Shown here in pieces: positions 12,719 through 31,118 of a DNA stretch of 64,000 nt; the first letter of the stretch is position 1; each line of letters opens with the position of its first letter. The notes below the pieces were generated by a model, which saw only the letters and a list, made by a program, of their open reading frames with translations, did no database searches and had not been told where the DNA came from. Source of the DNA: Eledone cirrhosa (Eukaryota); contig OZ024741.1 in assembly GCA_964016885.1 (NCBI GenBank), positions 276,954,001-277,018,000 of the forward strand, read 5' to 3'. Position numbers and translations under genes: made by a program.

Positions 12719-13346
12719 AGTTATTCCGGGTTGAATCGGAGGTAACCACAGTAAGTAGGGTACTCAATACATAGCAGAGTATAAATGTTTTAATATCTAT
12801 GAGATTCTACAGGACTAGATCTGTTTGATACTTTAGAAATCATCAGGAATCTGGCTGTCCAAAGTAAATGTTGTGGTATCTACATCTTTTCTGGTGTTAG
12901 GAGAGTGTGGGGAGTGGGATGGGTTGAGGTCATTAGTTGAAAGAAAAGGGAATTCATTGAAAGCTAATTCTTTAAGGCTATAATTTATATTTAGAGTGAC
13001 AAAGGCAGAAAGAATTCTATAAACAAGTTCAAATATTGGGTGCCACTCCTTATTTTTAAGTTTCGCTTAAGCCAGCAATGCCTATATTTCAGGTGTCTAT
13101 AAGATGGTTGGGGGTCGGTCATGGTTGATGGATTTAAAGAAAAGAGAAATTCTTTTAAAGCTAATTTTTTAAAGCTCTACTTAGAGTGACAAAGGCCAAG
13201 AGGATTCTATGAACCAGTTCAAATATTGGGTGCCTATCATTATTGTCATGTTTCTCTTAAGCTATAATTCAGGTGTCAACAGACACATTCACATACACAC
13301 ACAGACACCTATATATATATATATATATATAGTTTTAATATAGATG

Positions 13347-13397
13347 AGATTCTACAGGACTAGAACTGTTTCATTCATTAGAAATCATCAGGAATCT
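13347..13397 (-). ncRNA. Type I hammerhead ribozyme motif, family 1 (GUA site)
   Basis: Exact reverse complement of 18248-18298, with all core nucleotides intact. Confidence 0.85.
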
Positions 13398-13567
13398 GGG
13401 TATCAAAAAATAAATATGGTATTTATAGGTCTCTACAAGTGGTAGGAGAGGGTGGGGAGTTGGATGGGTGCAGGTCATTGGTTGATAGAAAAGGGAATTC
13501 ATTAAAAGCTAATTCTACAAAGCTATAGTTAATTTTTATTTTTATTTATATTTATTTATGTTTTACT

Positions 13568-14425
13568 GATAACCTAGTAAAAAGCGTCTCTATTAGAATA
13601 TCTGGCCTCTCCGCCAACAAAGATATTTTTAATGCATCTGCCTCCTACTACAATGACGCCCTAGCCCGTAGCGGATTTAAAGATAAGATAACTTACCTAG
13701 AAACCACCGCAAAATTGCAGAGGAGGAATAGACATAGGCAGATTAGCTGGTACAACCCTCCCTTCAATAGAGAGGTATCTACTCCGATAGCTAGGTTTTT
13801 CTTCACTTTACTGAAATTACACTTCCCCATACAACATAGGTACTACACCATCTTTAATAAGAACACTATAAGACTGTCTTACTCCACCACACCTAACCTA
13901 GCTAGGAATATAGCCAACCACAACTCTAAACTAAATAAGCCAACCACCTCCGAAACCAATCCCCGGACTGGGGCTCTATGTAATTGCCTAAATAAGGAAG
14001 CATGCCCACTAGAAAACAAATGCCTCACAAATGACATCGTATACAAATGCGATGTCATCTCGGGCACCGAGGATTGCAAAAAAACTTACATCGGCATGAC
14101 CTCCAACACCTTTAAGACCCGCTGGTATGCCCATACCCACTCCTTCAGAAGACCGGATAAATCAAATCAAACAACACTCGCCTCCTACGTTTGGGACCTC
14201 AAAAGGAACTCCACCCCCTTCACGCTTAATTGGAAAATACTCCAGAAAGCGCGCTCTTACAACGGAGGACACAAGGGCTGCGACCTTTGTATTTCAGAGA
14301 GCTACGAAATTTTATTCGCCAAGGGCCCGCTACTGAACAAACTCTCTGAACACTGCCCGAACTGCATGCACAAGAACTTTGCAACATTCAAACACTTTAA
14401 GCCAGTGTTAAAGCCCGATGGCTAA
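13568..14425 (+). CDS. PLE polyprotein C-terminal part: RT thumb, Cys-rich linker and GIY-YIG endonuclease (5'-truncated)
   Basis: The frame is open from GAT at 13568 ([21 protein letters not shown]...) through ORF 13715..14425: [50 protein letters not shown]. Confidence 0.85.
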   Translation, partial: DNLVKSVSIRISGLSANKDIFNASASYYNDALARSGFKDKITYLETTAKLQRRNRHRQISWYNPPFNREVSTPIARFFFTLLKLHFPIQHRYYTIFNKNTIRLSYSTTPNLARNIANHNSKLNKPTTSETNPRTGALCNCLNKEACPLENKCLTNDIVYKCDVISGTEDCKKTYIGMTSNTFKTRWYAHTHSFRRPDKSNQTTLASYVWDLKRNSTPFTLNWKILQKARSYNGGHKGCDLCISESYEILFAKGPLLNKLSEHCPNCMHKNFATFKHFKPVLKPDG

Positions 14426-14589
14426 AAACGACCTCCCCTTACTGGCCCCTATACCTCCTCCCCACCCTACCCCCACCCCTCCTCAACCTGAAATACGGCC
14501 ACTATGGTCATGTGAGTACCTCTTTCGTATCTACATTTTCTGCCTGTAGAGGTGTCTTTATGTGCCTGTGTATATGCGTATATTTATTG

Positions 14590-17790
<3,201 letters not shown>

Positions 17791-18247
17791 TCTGTTGATT
17801 TTGGCATATTGTTGATTAGTTTAAGAGAAGTTCGAAGATAATAGTAAGATATGCACTCAGTATTTTGAATCTGTCTGCAGAATTCCCTAGACCTTTGTCA
17901 CTTGGTAGAACCTTAATGACTTTAGCTTTTAAAGAATCTCCCTCTTCTCTAATTCTATCGAGCTTGACTGACCCCCCACTGATTTTATAGACATCTGTTA
18001 GCTTAAGAGAAACTTATTGACAAGGAACGGTATGCCATCCGGAACCTGTTTATAGAATTCTGTCTGCCTTTGTTACTCTAAAAACATAAATAAATATAAA
18101 TAAAAATAAAAATTAACTATAGCTTTGTAGAATTAGCTTTTAATGAATTCCCTTTTCTATCAACCAATGACCTGCACCCATCCAACTCCCCACCCTCTCC
18201 TACCACTTGTAGAGACCTATAAATAACATATTTATTTTTTGATACCC

Positions 18248-18298
18248 AGATTCCTGATGATTTCTAATGAATGAAACAGTTCTAGTCCTGTAGAATCT
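18248..18298 (+). ncRNA. Type I hammerhead ribozyme motif, family 1 (GUA site)
   Basis: AGATTC-CTGATGA-tTTCtaatGAAt-GAAA-CAG-ttCTAGtc-CTG-TA-GAATCT. Helix I is 6 bp and helix III is 4 bp, located ~80 nt before the element's 3' end. Confidence 0.85.
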
Positions 18299-18723
18299 CA
18301 TCTATATTAAAACTGTTATACTCTGCTATGTATTGAGTACCTTACTTACTGTGGTTACCTCCGATTCAACCCGGAATAACGTATATATATATATATATAT
18401 AAATATATAAATATATAGCCTTAAATAATTAGCTTTTAATGAATTCCCTTTTCTTTCAACCAATGACCTCCACCCATCACACTCCCCACCCTCCCCTACC
18501 ACCAGAAAAGATATAAATACCACAACATTTATTATGGGCAGCCAGATTCGTGATGATTTCTAAAGAATGAAACTGTTCTAGTCTTGTAGAATCTCATCTA
18601 TATTAAAACTATATATATATATGTATATATGTGTATATATATGTGTGATCACAGTGTATGAATGTATAATTGCATGAGCAAATAATATATGCTTCATATA
18701 CGCCTCCATAGATTGAATGTGTA

Positions 18724-18755
<32 letters not shown>

Positions 18756-19244
18756 AACAGAGAGAAAGGTAGACATTCTATCAACTCCCACTGAATCTAT
18801 ATCTATAGTTAATCCCTTCCAAATCATCAATCCTTCACCCTAACCACCACCCCACCCTGTCCTGACTAATATGCATACCCCCTCCACCACGACCATCACC
18901 ACCCTCTACTAAGCCATCCTTCAATCTCATTGAACCATTCAGTCAATGACAGCGACATCAGAGAGAGAAACATTCCAATACTTGTTGCAGCATCAAATGA
19001 TTAAAATATCACAAACGTTCGTTTTATAAATGACAAGCTTTTAGAGACATAATGTATACATATATATATCTCTAAAAGTTTGTCAGTTATAAAACAAACG
19101 TTTGTATATATATATACCAAGGAGGCCCAAATGTCGCAATGCATAGGAAATTTTTAAGTTACCATATTTATTTATTTTGAATAAATTGTTTCTTATAAAA
19201 GATAATTATTTTTTTTTATGTATCGCGACTTTTGGGCCACCCTG

Positions 19245-19283
<39 letters not shown>

Positions 19284-19560
19284 GATAATAATAATTGTTT
19301 CTACTTTTAGCACAAGGCCAGCAATTATCCAAATGCATTACTGGTACTTTATTTTATGGACGCCTTTCAGCTCGAGAAACGATCGATCCTGACTCTGGAA
19401 TCGGTAGCTCGGGAGTTCACATGTAGACTATTATTATTATTATTATTATTATTGATGCTCTCTTCCCCACGTGCTCATCGGGTGCTCATCATGGCATACC
19501 CCCTACGGGCGCAATTAATTTGCCCCTCTAATAACTATATACATATGTGTCTGAGGGTGT

Positions 19561-19653
<93 letters not shown>

Positions 19654-20095
19654 TGTGTGTGTGTGGATGGGTGTGAGTGTGTTATTTGACCAGACATATT
19701 GCTGGAAAAGGTGACTACTTGTTTCTAATTAAAAGGGCCAGCCTTGTCACACAATGTGTCAAGCTGGATCTATTTCGAGAGACGTCCACCGGGCTCTCCA
19801 AAATATACAGGAGAAAGCCTGTTCTTTTCATGTATTCTCTCCTATATATATATACATACAAATATATATATACATACAAATATATATAGTGTTAGAAAGT
19901 ACAGGGACACAAACAAGAGATGGACATTTCCCCTTCATCCGTTGTCTACTACGGGTCACAAATGTTTCAACGCATTAAAAAAACATCTGTGACCCTTAAT
20001 AGACAATTGATGAAGGGAAAATGTCCATCTCTTGTTTGTGTCCCTTTACTTTCTAACACTCGTATTAGTAACCACACAGCCTTGTCCCTCTCAAT

Positions 20096-20134
<39 letters not shown>

Positions 20135-20953
20135 AATTGATCAACATATATATAAATAAATATAAACATGAAAAATCACAGGAGATAACTTTTTACAAGC
20201 GTGTAACCACGCATGGCTTGTAGGTAACAAGGGGAAGATTAATCATTATAAGGTATATATTTTTGAAGTTCTAGTTAACTTTATTTATTTGTTACCTACA
20301 AGCCATGCGTGGTTACACGCTTGTAAAAATCATCTCCTGTGATTTTTCATGTTTATATTTATTTATATATATGTTGATCAATTCCTAGTTATTAAAATGC
20401 TCGTACTTACAAAGTCCCAGAGCTTATTTTCCGGGCGATATGGCGCATTCCGTTAAGGATTGACACCCATAATTTCGATTCTGATTGAATTCTTTTAATC
20501 TATCTTAATTTTGGATATATATATATAGATATATATATATGTATATATATGTATATATATATGTATATATATATATGGTGCGGGCCTTCCCTCCTATTCG
20601 ACGATGATCATTTAGTTGTTCAATTGTTCCGTTAATTGAATTAACTACGCGTTATATTACATGTAATTGACTGAATATTCTACAGACACGAGTATCCTTA
20701 ACTCTAGTCAAATTTAACGTGAACAGTCTGTCAAGTCTAGACCTTTGAATTTCATGTCATGTGATTGAACATAGATCCTCTTGATTGAACCTTGAATTTC
20801 TTAACTTATTAGCACCAACATCAAAATCAATATTCACACCACCACCACCAACATTACAGTCACCTCCACTACTCCCACCAGCACCATCACCAACAACAAC
20901 ACCACCACCACCAGCACAGCCACCCCTATTCACCACACACAAGACACCCCCGC

Positions 20954-21012
<59 letters not shown>

Positions 21013-22733
21013 ATCTCTTTCTATTTATCTGTCCCTCTCGCACCTTTTCGAATAAATGCTCGCCCAAACACAAAGACACACATACACACACACACTCTCA
21101 CACACAAACACACACACACAAACATATAAACACACAAAAACACATACACGCACGCACACACACACACAAACACACACACACACACACAAACACCCACACA
21201 TACACACACGCACGCACACACGAACACACACACATACATACACATACACACACATACACACACGCACACACACACACACACACACACATACATACACATA
21301 CACACACAAACACACACAGACATTTTCCCCATCCAAAGAAATAAACACAGAGGAAAAAGTGAACCCAAACACTCCAATGAACCTATCTTCAAACATTAAC
21401 ACTTTTCCACCTCCCACCATGTCTATTACCTAACCACGATGATAATCAACCTCCTCTCCCCAGTCCCCACCCCGACTAGTCTGTCTCCACTCCACCCCTC
21501 TATCTAACATCCTTGAATCTCATCGATACAGTCTACTACAGCGACACCAGTGGGATATTCCATCACTTGTTGCTAGCATCAACATCCCACCACTTGTCTT
21601 CGACCGGGACAGTTGCTTAGACGGAAAGATGCTTTTATATATATGTATATATACATATGAATAAATCTGTCTATATATATATGTATATATATATGAATAA
21701 ATCTGTCTGTATATATATATAACAAAGGGATTGTGGTAAGGAACGAGATGGACCAGAGTACTCAATACTTAGGGTAGTAGAGTGGGAATAGGAAAAATTA
21801 TGACCCGGACGGCAGAGCTCAAGCCGTTTAGACGGCTATTTCTGGACCTTTTTAAGCTTTGTAGGGAGGTGCCCGTCCTCACGTTGCACTGGTAGATCAC
21901 GTTACGGTCTCGGCATATGTTGTTGAGGGGGCACGTTGATCTCTCAGGGCAGTTACACATCCTGGTCGGCTCTCCACTGATGTCTAGGTTATTTCATCCA
22001 TAGGGTTGAGTTTTTTTGTTGTTTGAGGAGATGACGTTTTGTGCGAAGTTAGGTGTGGTGCTGTAGGAGAGTTTGGTGGTGTTTTTGTTGATTATGTTGT
22101 GGTAGCGGTGTTGTAGTGGAAAGTGTTTAAAGAAGATTTTCCAGATAGGTGTTGCCACCTCGGCATTATGGGGAGGAATGAACCACGTTACGTTGCGTGA
22201 GCGGCGGTGTTGCCTGCTGGATCCGCTAAGGAAAGCTGGATAAAAGGATATTTCCTCCCGGAAGCCACTCCGCTTGAGGGCCTGGTTGCAATGAGGCGCG
22301 TGTTCGTCGAATATCTGCTCATTAGCGGACAAACGAGATGTGCGGAGGGAGATGTTTTTAACAAGGTTATTGGTGATGTTGCTAGGATGGTTAGAGAGGC
22401 GGTGGATGTAGTGCAGGTTGTCGTTTGGTTTCCTGTATGGGTAGTACAGATCATATTCGAAGTTACGGGTAACGTCCAGGAAATTGACTCCGGTTAGGGA
22501 CGTTTGTAGGGTGATTTTAAATCCCCAGTCTCGGAAGAAGTTGATTAGTTGTTTACGGACCCGGCCTGTTCTACTGGGGTTGTAGCCTTTGAGGGTGAGG
22601 AGCCCACAATCCCGGTAGAATCCACCGCCGAATGCACGAAAGTTTTCGGTGAGTTTAAATAGTAGGAATAATCCTATAATAGAAATAGCCGTCGAAACGG
22701 CTTGAGCTCTGCCGTCGGGGTCATACTTTTTCC

Positions 22734-22816
<83 letters not shown>

Positions 22817-23402
22817 AGTTATTCCGGGTTGAATCGGAGGTAACCACAGTAAGTAAGGTACTCAATACATAGCAGAGTATAAAAGTTTGAATATCGATGA
22901 GATTCTACAGGACTAGATCTGTTTGATACTTTAGAAATCATCAGGAATCTGGCTGTCCAAAATAAATGTTGTGGTATCTACATATTTTCTGGTGTTAGGA
23001 GAGTGTGGGGAGTGGGATGGGTTGAGGTCATTGGTTGAAAGAAAAGGGAATTCATTAAAAGCTAATTCTTTAAGGCTATAATTTATATTTAGAGTGACAA
23101 AGCAGAAAGAATTCTATAAACAAGTTCAGATATTGGGTGCCACTCCTTATTTTTAAGTTTCTCTTAGGCCAACAATGCCTATATTTCAGGTGTCTATAAA
23201 ATGGTTGGGGGTCGGTCATGGGTGATGGATTTAAAGAAAAGGTAAATTCTTTAAATGCTAATTTTTTAAAGCTCTACTTAGAGTGACAAAGGCCAAGAGG
23301 ATTCTATGAACCAGTTCAAATATTGAGTGCCTATCATTATTGTCATGTTTCTCTTAAGCTATAATTCAGGTGTCAACAGACACATTCACATACACACACA
23401 CA

Positions 23403-23437
<35 letters not shown>

Positions 23438-23562
23438 CCTTAAAGAATTAGCTTTTAATGAATTCCCTTTTCTTTCAACCAATGACCTCCACCGACCCCA
23501 CTCCCCACCCTCTCCTACCACCAGTAAAGATATAAATACCACAACATTTATTTTGGACAGCC

Positions 23563-23613
23563 AGATTCCTGATGATTTCTAAAGAATGAAACAGTTCTAG
23601 TCTTGTAGAATCT
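23563..23613 (+). ncRNA. Type I hammerhead ribozyme motif, family 1 (GUA site)
   Basis: Same fold as 4863-4913 but with a GUA triplet. Core-mutated siblings lie at 4178-4228, 12802-12852 and 22900-22950 (minus, GAAA>CAAA) and at 18544-18594 (plus, C3>G). Confidence 0.8.
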
Positions 23614-24039
23614 CATCTATATTAAAACTGTATATATATATATATGTATATATGTGTATATATATGTGTGATCACAGTGTAGGAATGTATAATTGCATGA
23701 GCATATAATATATACTTCCATATACGTCTCCATAGATTGAATGTGTATGTGCATATATATACACATATAAACACAGAGAGAAAGGTAGACATTCTATCAA
23801 CTCCCACTGAATCTATATCTATAGTTAATCCCTTCCCAATCATCAATCCTTCACCCTACCCACCACCCCACCTCGTCCTGACTAATATGCATACCCCCTC
23901 CACCACGACCATCACCACCCTCTACTAAGCCATCCTTCAATCTCATTGAACCATTCAGTCAATGACAGCGACATCAGAGAGAGAAACATTCCAATACTTG
24001 TTGCAGCATCAAATGATTAAAATATCACAAACTGTTAGA

Positions 24040-24090
<51 letters not shown>

Positions 24091-24122
24091 AGATCAAAAG
24101 ATGGTTAAAGGAGTTCCATGTA

Positions 24123-24189
24123 TTTTATTATGCGCATTTCAAAAACAAACATCATCATGCAATAATATTTGTGTTTTCATCAGATAAAA
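24123..24189 (-). ncRNA. Type I hammerhead ribozyme motif, family 2
   Basis: Identical to 5461-5527. Confidence 0.8.
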
Positions 24190-24364
24190 AACACCACCAC
24201 CACCAACATCACAGTCACATCCACTACTCCCACCAGCACTATCACCAACAACAACATGACCAACAGAGCCACCACCAAACTCTATCAACCACCACCACCA
24301 GCACAACCATCCCTCTCTCTCTTTCTATTTCTCTGTCCCTCTCCCACCTTTTCGAATAAATACT

Positions 24365-25394
24365 AGCACAAACACACGCGCACACAGGCACACACACAAA
24401 CACAAACACACAAATACACATACACACACATACACACAAACACACATACACACATACACACACACATACTCACACAAACACACAAACACACATACCCACA
24501 CACGCACAAACACACAAACACACAAACACATACACAAACACACACACACACACACACACACATACACACAAACACACAGATACACATACACACACGCACA
24601 CACACACTTACATACACACACACACACACACACTCACACACACACACACACAAACACACAAACACACATACACACACACACACAAACACACAAACACATA
24701 CACAAACACACACACATACACACAAACACACATACACACACGCACACACTCAAACACACACAGACACAAACACACAAACACACACACACACACTCACACA
24801 CATACACACACACACAAACGCACAAACACACAAACACACAAACACATACACAAACACACACACACTCACACACATACACACAAACACATAGACACACGTA
24901 CACACACGCACACACACACACAAACACACAAACACACAGAAACACACAAACACACACACACACACACACACACTCACACACAAACACACGCACACACATA
25001 CAAACACACACACAAACACACATACACTCACTCACACATACACACACAAACACACAAACACATGCACACACACACAACACACACAAACACATACACACAC
25101 ACATACACACACAAACACACAAACACACACACAGAAACACACAAACACATACACAAACACACACACACTCACACACATACACACAAACACACAGACACAC
25201 ATACACACACGTACACATTCACACACACAGACACAAACACACAAACACACCCACACACATACTCACACACATACACACACACAAACACACAAACACAGAT
25301 ACACACACACGCACTCACACATGCACACACAAACACATAAACACACATACACACGCGCACACACACAAACACACAAACACACAGAAACGCACAT

Positions 25395-25427
<33 letters not shown>

Positions 25428-25572
25428 CACACACTCACACACAAACACATGCACACACATACACACACACAAACATACACAAACACACAAACACACATAC
25501 ACAAACATACACAAACACACACACACAAACATACACAAACACACAAACACACATACACAAACACACAAACAC
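24365..25572. repeat. Expanded degenerate (CA)n tract
   Basis: Seen directly. About 1.2 kb here versus ~0.2-0.4 kb in sibling modules. Confidence 0.95.
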
Positions 25573-25958
25573 AGAGGAAAAAGTGAACCCAAACACTCCA
25601 ATGAACCTATCTTCAAACATTAACACTTTCCCACCTCCCACCATGTCTATTACCTAACCACGATGATAATCAACCTCCTCTCCCCAGTCCCCACCCCGAC
25701 TAGTCTGTCTACACCCCACCCCTCTACCTAACATCTTTGAATCGCATCGATACAGTCTACTGCAGCGACACCAGTGAGACATTCCATCACTTGTTGCTAG
25801 CATCAACATCCCACCACTTGTCTTCGACCCGGACGGTTGCTTAGACAGATAGATGATTTTATATATATGTGTATATATGAATAAATCTGTCTATATATGT
25901 GTATATATGAATAAATCTGTCTCTCTCACTCTCTCTCTATATATATATGAATAAATCT

Positions 25959-26005
<47 letters not shown>

Positions 26006-26108
26006 CCAATTTGTAAATAGCATGACTAGGCTGTATACCTACTGTTGAAACATTTGTAAGCACTGAAATAAATTACCTTTTTATGATGTCTACCTGTTAT
26101 TATTCATT

Positions 26109-26159
<51 letters not shown>

Positions 26160-26700
26160 TAAATCTGTATATATGTATATATGTGTATATATATATGTGT
26201 GGTCACAGTGTATGAATGTATAATTGCATGAGCATATAATATATACTTCCATATACGTCTCCATAGATTGAATGTGTATGTGCATATATATACACATATA
26301 AACACAGAGAGAAAGGTAGACATTCTATCATCTCCCACTGAATCTCTTCCCGATCATCAATCCATCACCCTACCCACCACCCCACCCCCTCCTGACTAAT
26401 ATGCATACCCCCTCCACCACGACCATCACCACCCTCTACTAAGCCATCCTTCAATCTCATTGAACCATTCAGTCAATGACAGCGACATCAGAGAGAGAAA
26501 CATTCCAATACTTGTTGCAGCATCAAATGATTAAAATATCACAAACTGTCATATATATATATATATATATATATATACAACGAGGCCCAAAAGTCGCAAT
26601 ACATAGGAAATTTGTAAGTTACCATATTTATTTATTTTGAATAAATTGTTTCTTATAAAACATAATTATTTTGTTTATGTATCGCGACTTTTGGGCCACC

Positions 26701-26835
<135 letters not shown>

Positions 26836-26972
26836 GAGAAGAAAGAAATATTTTTACATAGATCTATATGATATACATACCAACACACATATATATCCTA
26901 GAAACGATCATAAAATGATGAATTTTTTAATATAAGGAACTTGTTCTTTGTTTTTATTTATTGGTTTTATTA

Positions 26973-27054
<82 letters not shown>

Positions 27055-27504
27055 TATATATATATATGATAATAATAATTGTTTCTACTTTTGGCACAAG
27101 GCCAGCAATTTTGCCAGTGCATTATTGGTACTTTATTTTATCGACCCCGTAAGAATGAAAGGCAAAGTTAACCTCGCCGGGATTTGAACTCACAACATAA
27201 AGAGCCGTAACTCTATGCTGCAAAACCCTCTAGCGCCGTAATATTATACAAGGGAACAAAGAATCAGTGTTGCATGATATATATATATTTAATTACATAT
27301 TCCATATGTTTCACTGCCTTTCAGCTCGAGGAACGATCGATTAATGATCGATCCTGACTCTGGAATCGGAAGCTCGTCTGATATCTGTTCACATGTAGAC
27401 AATTATTATTATTGATGCTCTCTTCCCCACGTGCATCAAGTGCTCATCTTAGCATACCGCCTACGGACGCAATTAATTTGTCCTGCTAATACGTATATAT
27501 ATTA

Positions 27505-28132
27505 CCAATGATGGTTGGCAAAATCACTGATGAGGGACTAATTTTATAATATGTAATCCATGTGCAACCATGCAGTATTCTTCTTCCCCTTGTTTTTCAT
27601 ATATATTTACCTAAACTGCGATTATCTGTTTCTCTCTTTCTCTCTTACTGCTCCCCCGTTCTCTCTGTTTCTCCTACCTTCTTTCACCCTCTCTGTCAGT
27701 TACACGTTTTCTCTCGACTGACCTCTTCCTCGCACTTCCACTCACTCACTCTCTGTTTCTCCCCTTCTCACTTCCTCCCGTTCGCTAGTAGTGGGGTTCC
27801 TTCTTTCTCACACCGCACTCACGGCGTACGGTCTGCTTCTCTGACCGCTCATGAAATTCACCCAGCTTATGCTGATCCGATAACTATCATGTGGCTTGCT
27901 GTTTTCCAACCTTCGGTTTGCTTTTCCTTCTGTTGTTTACTTGTCCCACTCGTTTTACGCGTTTCACTTGTCCCAATAGCTTATTTTAGTTATTGCTCGC
28001 ACCAACCTGAGGTATCTGATTTTTAATGCGATGAAATACCAATGATGGTTGGCAAAATCACTGATGAGAAACTAATGTTATAATATGTAATACATGTGCA
28101 ACCATGCAGTATTCTTCTTCCCATTGTTTTTC
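27505..28132 (+). mobile_element. Unclassified repeat with a pyrimidine-rich body and a structured 3' end; minus copies at 31506-31965, 37606-38072, 44016-44482, and a diverged plus copy at 51623-52133
   Basis: Shared terminal block CGCACCAACC(T/G)GAGGTAT...ATACCAATGATGGTTGG..ATCACTGA(T/C)GA. 27505-27600 is a direct repeat of 28037-28132, like a partial pLTR. (TA)n flanks. Confidence 0.6.
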
Positions 28133-28349
28133 ATATATATATATATATATATATGTATGTGTCTGTGTGTGTGTGTGTAGGAAAATGTTTGTCTCCGACG
28201 GCAGAACTCAAGCCGTTTCGACGGCTATTTCTGGACTAAATTAGAATTTTAGCGTGGCAAATAACTAGCCTATTACCCACTCTACTACCCTAAGTATTGA
28301 GTATTCTGGTGCGTTATGGTCCATCTGGTTCCTTACCACACCTCCTTCG

Positions 28350-28451
<102 letters not shown>

Positions 28452-28834
28452 GTGTGTGTGTGTGTGTTATTTGACCAGAAGTATTGCTGGAAAAGGTGAT
28501 TAGTTTTTTCTAATTAAAAGGGCCAGCCTTGTCTCACAATGTGTCAAGCTGGATCTCACTAAGTTACTGCCAAGTCGTAATCTATTTCGAGAGACGTTCA
28601 CCGTATATTTCACATGAATTAAATACGTACACTCTCACAAACTGAGAAGGGGGGGGGGGGAGAAATTGAGAGAGAGCGACAGAGAGAGTTGTAAAGACTG
28701 GTCTTTCAAGAGTAATCATACTTTAATGTGCGAAATTGCACGCCAGAAGTTGGCTGTGCCTCTTATATAACTGTATTCCTGTATTTAAGTGTGTGAACCG
28801 TGGTTCTATTTCACACACACACGCACACACACAA

Positions 28835-28874
<40 letters not shown>

Positions 28875-28991
28875 CAAATGAAGCAACGGAGTAAAGGACT
28901 CGCGTTGTTCCCTGTAATATATGAGGTTAACGAAATTTTCCGGGCTCTTCAAAATATATAGGAGAAAACATGTTCTTTTTATGTATTCTCT

Positions 28992-29066
<75 letters not shown>

Positions 29067-29161
29067 ATATAGGAACACGTATGGGGTCATACTTGTTCCT
29101 ATTACCCACTCTACTACCCTAAGTAGTGAGTACTTCTGGTTCCTTACCACATTTCCTTCGT

Positions 29162-29233
<72 letters not shown>

Positions 29234-29400
29234 ATAAAGAAATAACACACACATGTGCGAATACATACATATACATGAATATACCCACATATATCCCTGA
29301 ATTTGTGTGGTGCCAACCTTAACCGTTGTTGCTCTATGAATAATCGGGACAAAATAATCCGAATGGATTAGATTGATTCAATATCAGAGCTATATAATAC

Positions 29401-29592
29401 ATTATAAAGAAAGAAGAAATATTAGACATAATTAATAAGATAAACCATACTCAAATTTCCACATTATCCTCGACTACGTAGTTTCGTGGCTTATTATGCA
29501 AGAACACTACATCACAGAGATGCAGTGTAAGAGGAAATTTAGGTATGGTTTATCTTAATAATTATGTCTAATATTTCTTCTTTCTTTATAAT
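29401..29592. repeat. Fold-back element with ~50-60-bp arms enclosing a degenerate minus-strand HHR; copies at ~34011, ~40203, ~46691
   Basis: TATAAAGAAAGAAGAAATATTAGACATAATT..AAACCATAC versus GTATGGTTT..AATTATGTCTAATATTTCTTCTTTCTTTATA. Confidence 0.8.
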
Positions 29593-29594
29593 AT

Positions 29595-29658
<64 letters not shown>

Positions 29659-30270
29659 CAAAGGAAATGAGATAAGGACCAGATGGACCATAACGCACCA
29701 GAGTACTCAATACTTAGGGTAGTAGAGTGGGTAATAGGAACAAGTATGACGCCATACTTGTTCCTATGTATATATATATATAGGAACAAGTATATATATA
29801 TATAGTGTTAGACAGTAAAGGGACACAAACAAGAGATGGACATTTTACCTTCATCCGTTGTCTACTACGGGTCACAGATGTTTCAAGGCATTATAAAAAC
29901 ATCTGTGACCCGTAGTAGACAACTGATGAAGGGAAAATCTCCATCTCTTGTTTGTGTCCCTTTACTTTCTAACACTCGTATTAGTAACCACACAGCCTCG
30001 TCCCTCTCAATCCATATATATATACATACATATATATATATCTATATATATGTATATATGTATATAAACAAGCAAATTATAAATGTAAACATGTAAGTAT
30101 GTTTTTGAAACGGTGCGCGAGTTTGAAAATTAGAAATTAAAAATTATAAGCTTTCACCGTATTTTAGACTAAAGAAATTTCTAGCCTGATAGTGGGGTTT
30201 ATAACCCTCGGAGAAATGGAAAAAGATGAGTGTTGCCGTACATGGGAGTCGAACCCACATCTTTGTTTAT

Positions 30271-30313
<43 letters not shown>

Positions 30314-30950
30314 GTGTGGGCCTTCCCTCTTTTCGACGATGAACGTTTAGTGGTTCAGTTCTTCCGTTAATTGAATTAACTACCCGTTATATTACATGTA
30401 ATTGACTGAATATTCCACAGACACGAGTATCCTTAACTCTAGTCAAATTTAACGTGAACAATCTGTCATGTCTAGAACGTTAAATTTCATGTCATGTGAT
30501 TGAACATAGATCCTCTTGATTGAACCTTGAATTTCTTAACTTATTAGCACCAACACCAAAATCAATATTCACACCACCACCACCACCAACACCAAAATCA
30601 ATATTCACACCACCACCATCACCACCACCACCACTACCACCAACAGACACGAAAAAGTGAACCCAAACACTCCAATGGACCTATCGTCAAAAATTAACAC
30701 TTTCCCACCTCCCACCATGTCTATTACCTAACCACGATGATAATCAACCTCCTCTCCCCAGGGCCCACCCGACTAGCCTGTCTCCACCCCACCCCTCTAC
30801 CTAACATCCTTGAATCTCATCGATACAGTCAACTGCAGCGACACCAGTGAGACATTCCATCACTTGTTGCTAGCATCAACATCCTACCACTTGTCTTCGA
30901 CCGGGACGGTTGCTTAGACAGATATATGATTTTATATATATGTATATATA

Positions 30951-31025
<75 letters not shown>

Positions 31026-31035
31026 GAATAAATCT

Positions 31036-31066
<31 letters not shown>

Positions 31067-31076
31067 AATATATATA

Positions 31077-31118
<42 letters not shown>

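Noticed and set aside
13568-14425. Selenoprotein-type Naiad (in-frame UGA at conserved Cys plus SECIS)
   Set aside because: No in-frame TGA occurs in this frame, and none was seen at conserved Cys positions in the readable parts of the 61243-63480 or 3146-3995 copies. No canonical SECIS was recognised.
29905-29965. CTGATGAAGGGAAAA in the hairpin family as a hammerhead or SECIS
   Set aside because: No consistent helix II/III or helix I register, and the spacing is too short for a SECIS.
30230-30265. tRNA-like GGTTCGACTCCC on the minus strand
   Set aside because: Only a T-arm/B-box fragment cut by (TA)n, attached to a repeat also seen at 7189-7316. It is not a tRNA gene.
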